NCBI GenBank assembly: GCA_963786105.1
Contig: CAWAXX010000015.1
Span: 1-25,730 of the forward strand
DNA: 25,730 bases
DNA from: Vulcanimicrobiota bacterium
Lineage (GTDB): Bacteria > Vulcanimicrobiota > Vulcanimicrobiia > Vulcanimicrobiales > Vulcanimicrobiaceae
Reading direction: 5' to 3'
Shown: piece by piece, positions 25,464-25,730 of the stretch
How the letters are laid out: the number at the start of each line of letters is the position of its first letter
Numbering within the stretch: position 1 is the first letter of the stretch
The notes under the pieces: generated by a model
What the model was told of the DNA's origin: nothing
What the model saw: only the letters and a program-made list of their open reading frames with translations
Database searches by the model: none
Made by a program: the position numbers and the translations under genes

Positions 25464-25730
25464 GCGTAACTCCGGTCGCAAGCGCGGCGGCTTTTGGCGC
25501 GGGCTGCTGGTCGCGTTGCTCATGATCGTCCTCTTCACGGCTGGCACGTTCGCCGGTATCGTCGCTGCGTACGCGCGCAACCTCCCCGACATCAGCCGTA
25601 TGGCCGACTACCAACCGGCCAGCGCGACGCGCATTTTTGCCCGCGACGGGACCGCTCTCGCCTCGGTGTACAAAGAAAATCGCGTCTGGGTGCCGATTTC
25701 TCGTATTCCGCCGCTCGTACGCAATGCGTT
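25456..25730 (+). CDS. Class A penicillin-binding protein (PBP1A family), N-terminal part, runs off the window
   Basis: Manual translation from ATG 25456: MPKRNSGRKRGGFWRGLLVALLMIVLFTAG...NLPDISRMADYQPASATRIFARDG...ENRVWVPISRIPPLVRNA, the typical start of a transglycosylase domain. Confidence 0.85.
   Translation, partial: MPKRNSGRKRGGFWRGLLVALLMIVLFTAGTFAGIVAAYARNLPDISRMADYQPASATRIFARDGTALASVYKENRVWVPISRIPPLVRNA

Noticed and set aside
1..25730. Frequent CGATCG/TCGA words, considered as HIP1-like repeats
   Set aside because: Visible throughout coding DNA, but I cannot compute enrichment over codon-usage expectation, so it is not claimed.

Overview
GC-rich bacterial chromosomal window, mostly housekeeping and envelope genes. 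The gene content (yabE-rsmA and accB-accC-nusB synteny, a Gram-positive-type LexA box, a TonB/ExbBD system) suggests a diderm Terrabacteria lineage such as Ca. Eremiobacterota; this is inference only. Gene order: inactive M16 peptidase-like protein, GT4, DUF2079-like membrane protein and GT9-like protein; on the minus strand a YabE/RpfB-like protein, rsmA (frameshifted) and a CPBP protease; then GT4, an SOS-box-preceded pair (pseudo-RNase H-like protein and mpg), rho, rluB-like, DAHP synthase, TonB-CTD/TPR protein, exbB, exbD, exbD, tonB, tonB, uppP, a small membrane protein, moaC, mog, folC, folP, folB, folK, a lysine-less accB-like gene, accC (frameshifted, apparent ATC start), nusB and a partial PBP1A. 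Main unexplained signals: (1) four related small palindromic elements sit exactly at stop codons; three have TA duplications and a covarying tandem G.A core; (2) a perfect LexA box lies in a consensus promoter driving a catalytically degenerate RNase H-fold gene coupled to mpg; (3) the BCCP homologue cannot be biotinylated (EALG instead of EAMK); (4) yabE-rsmA has a long structured leader.
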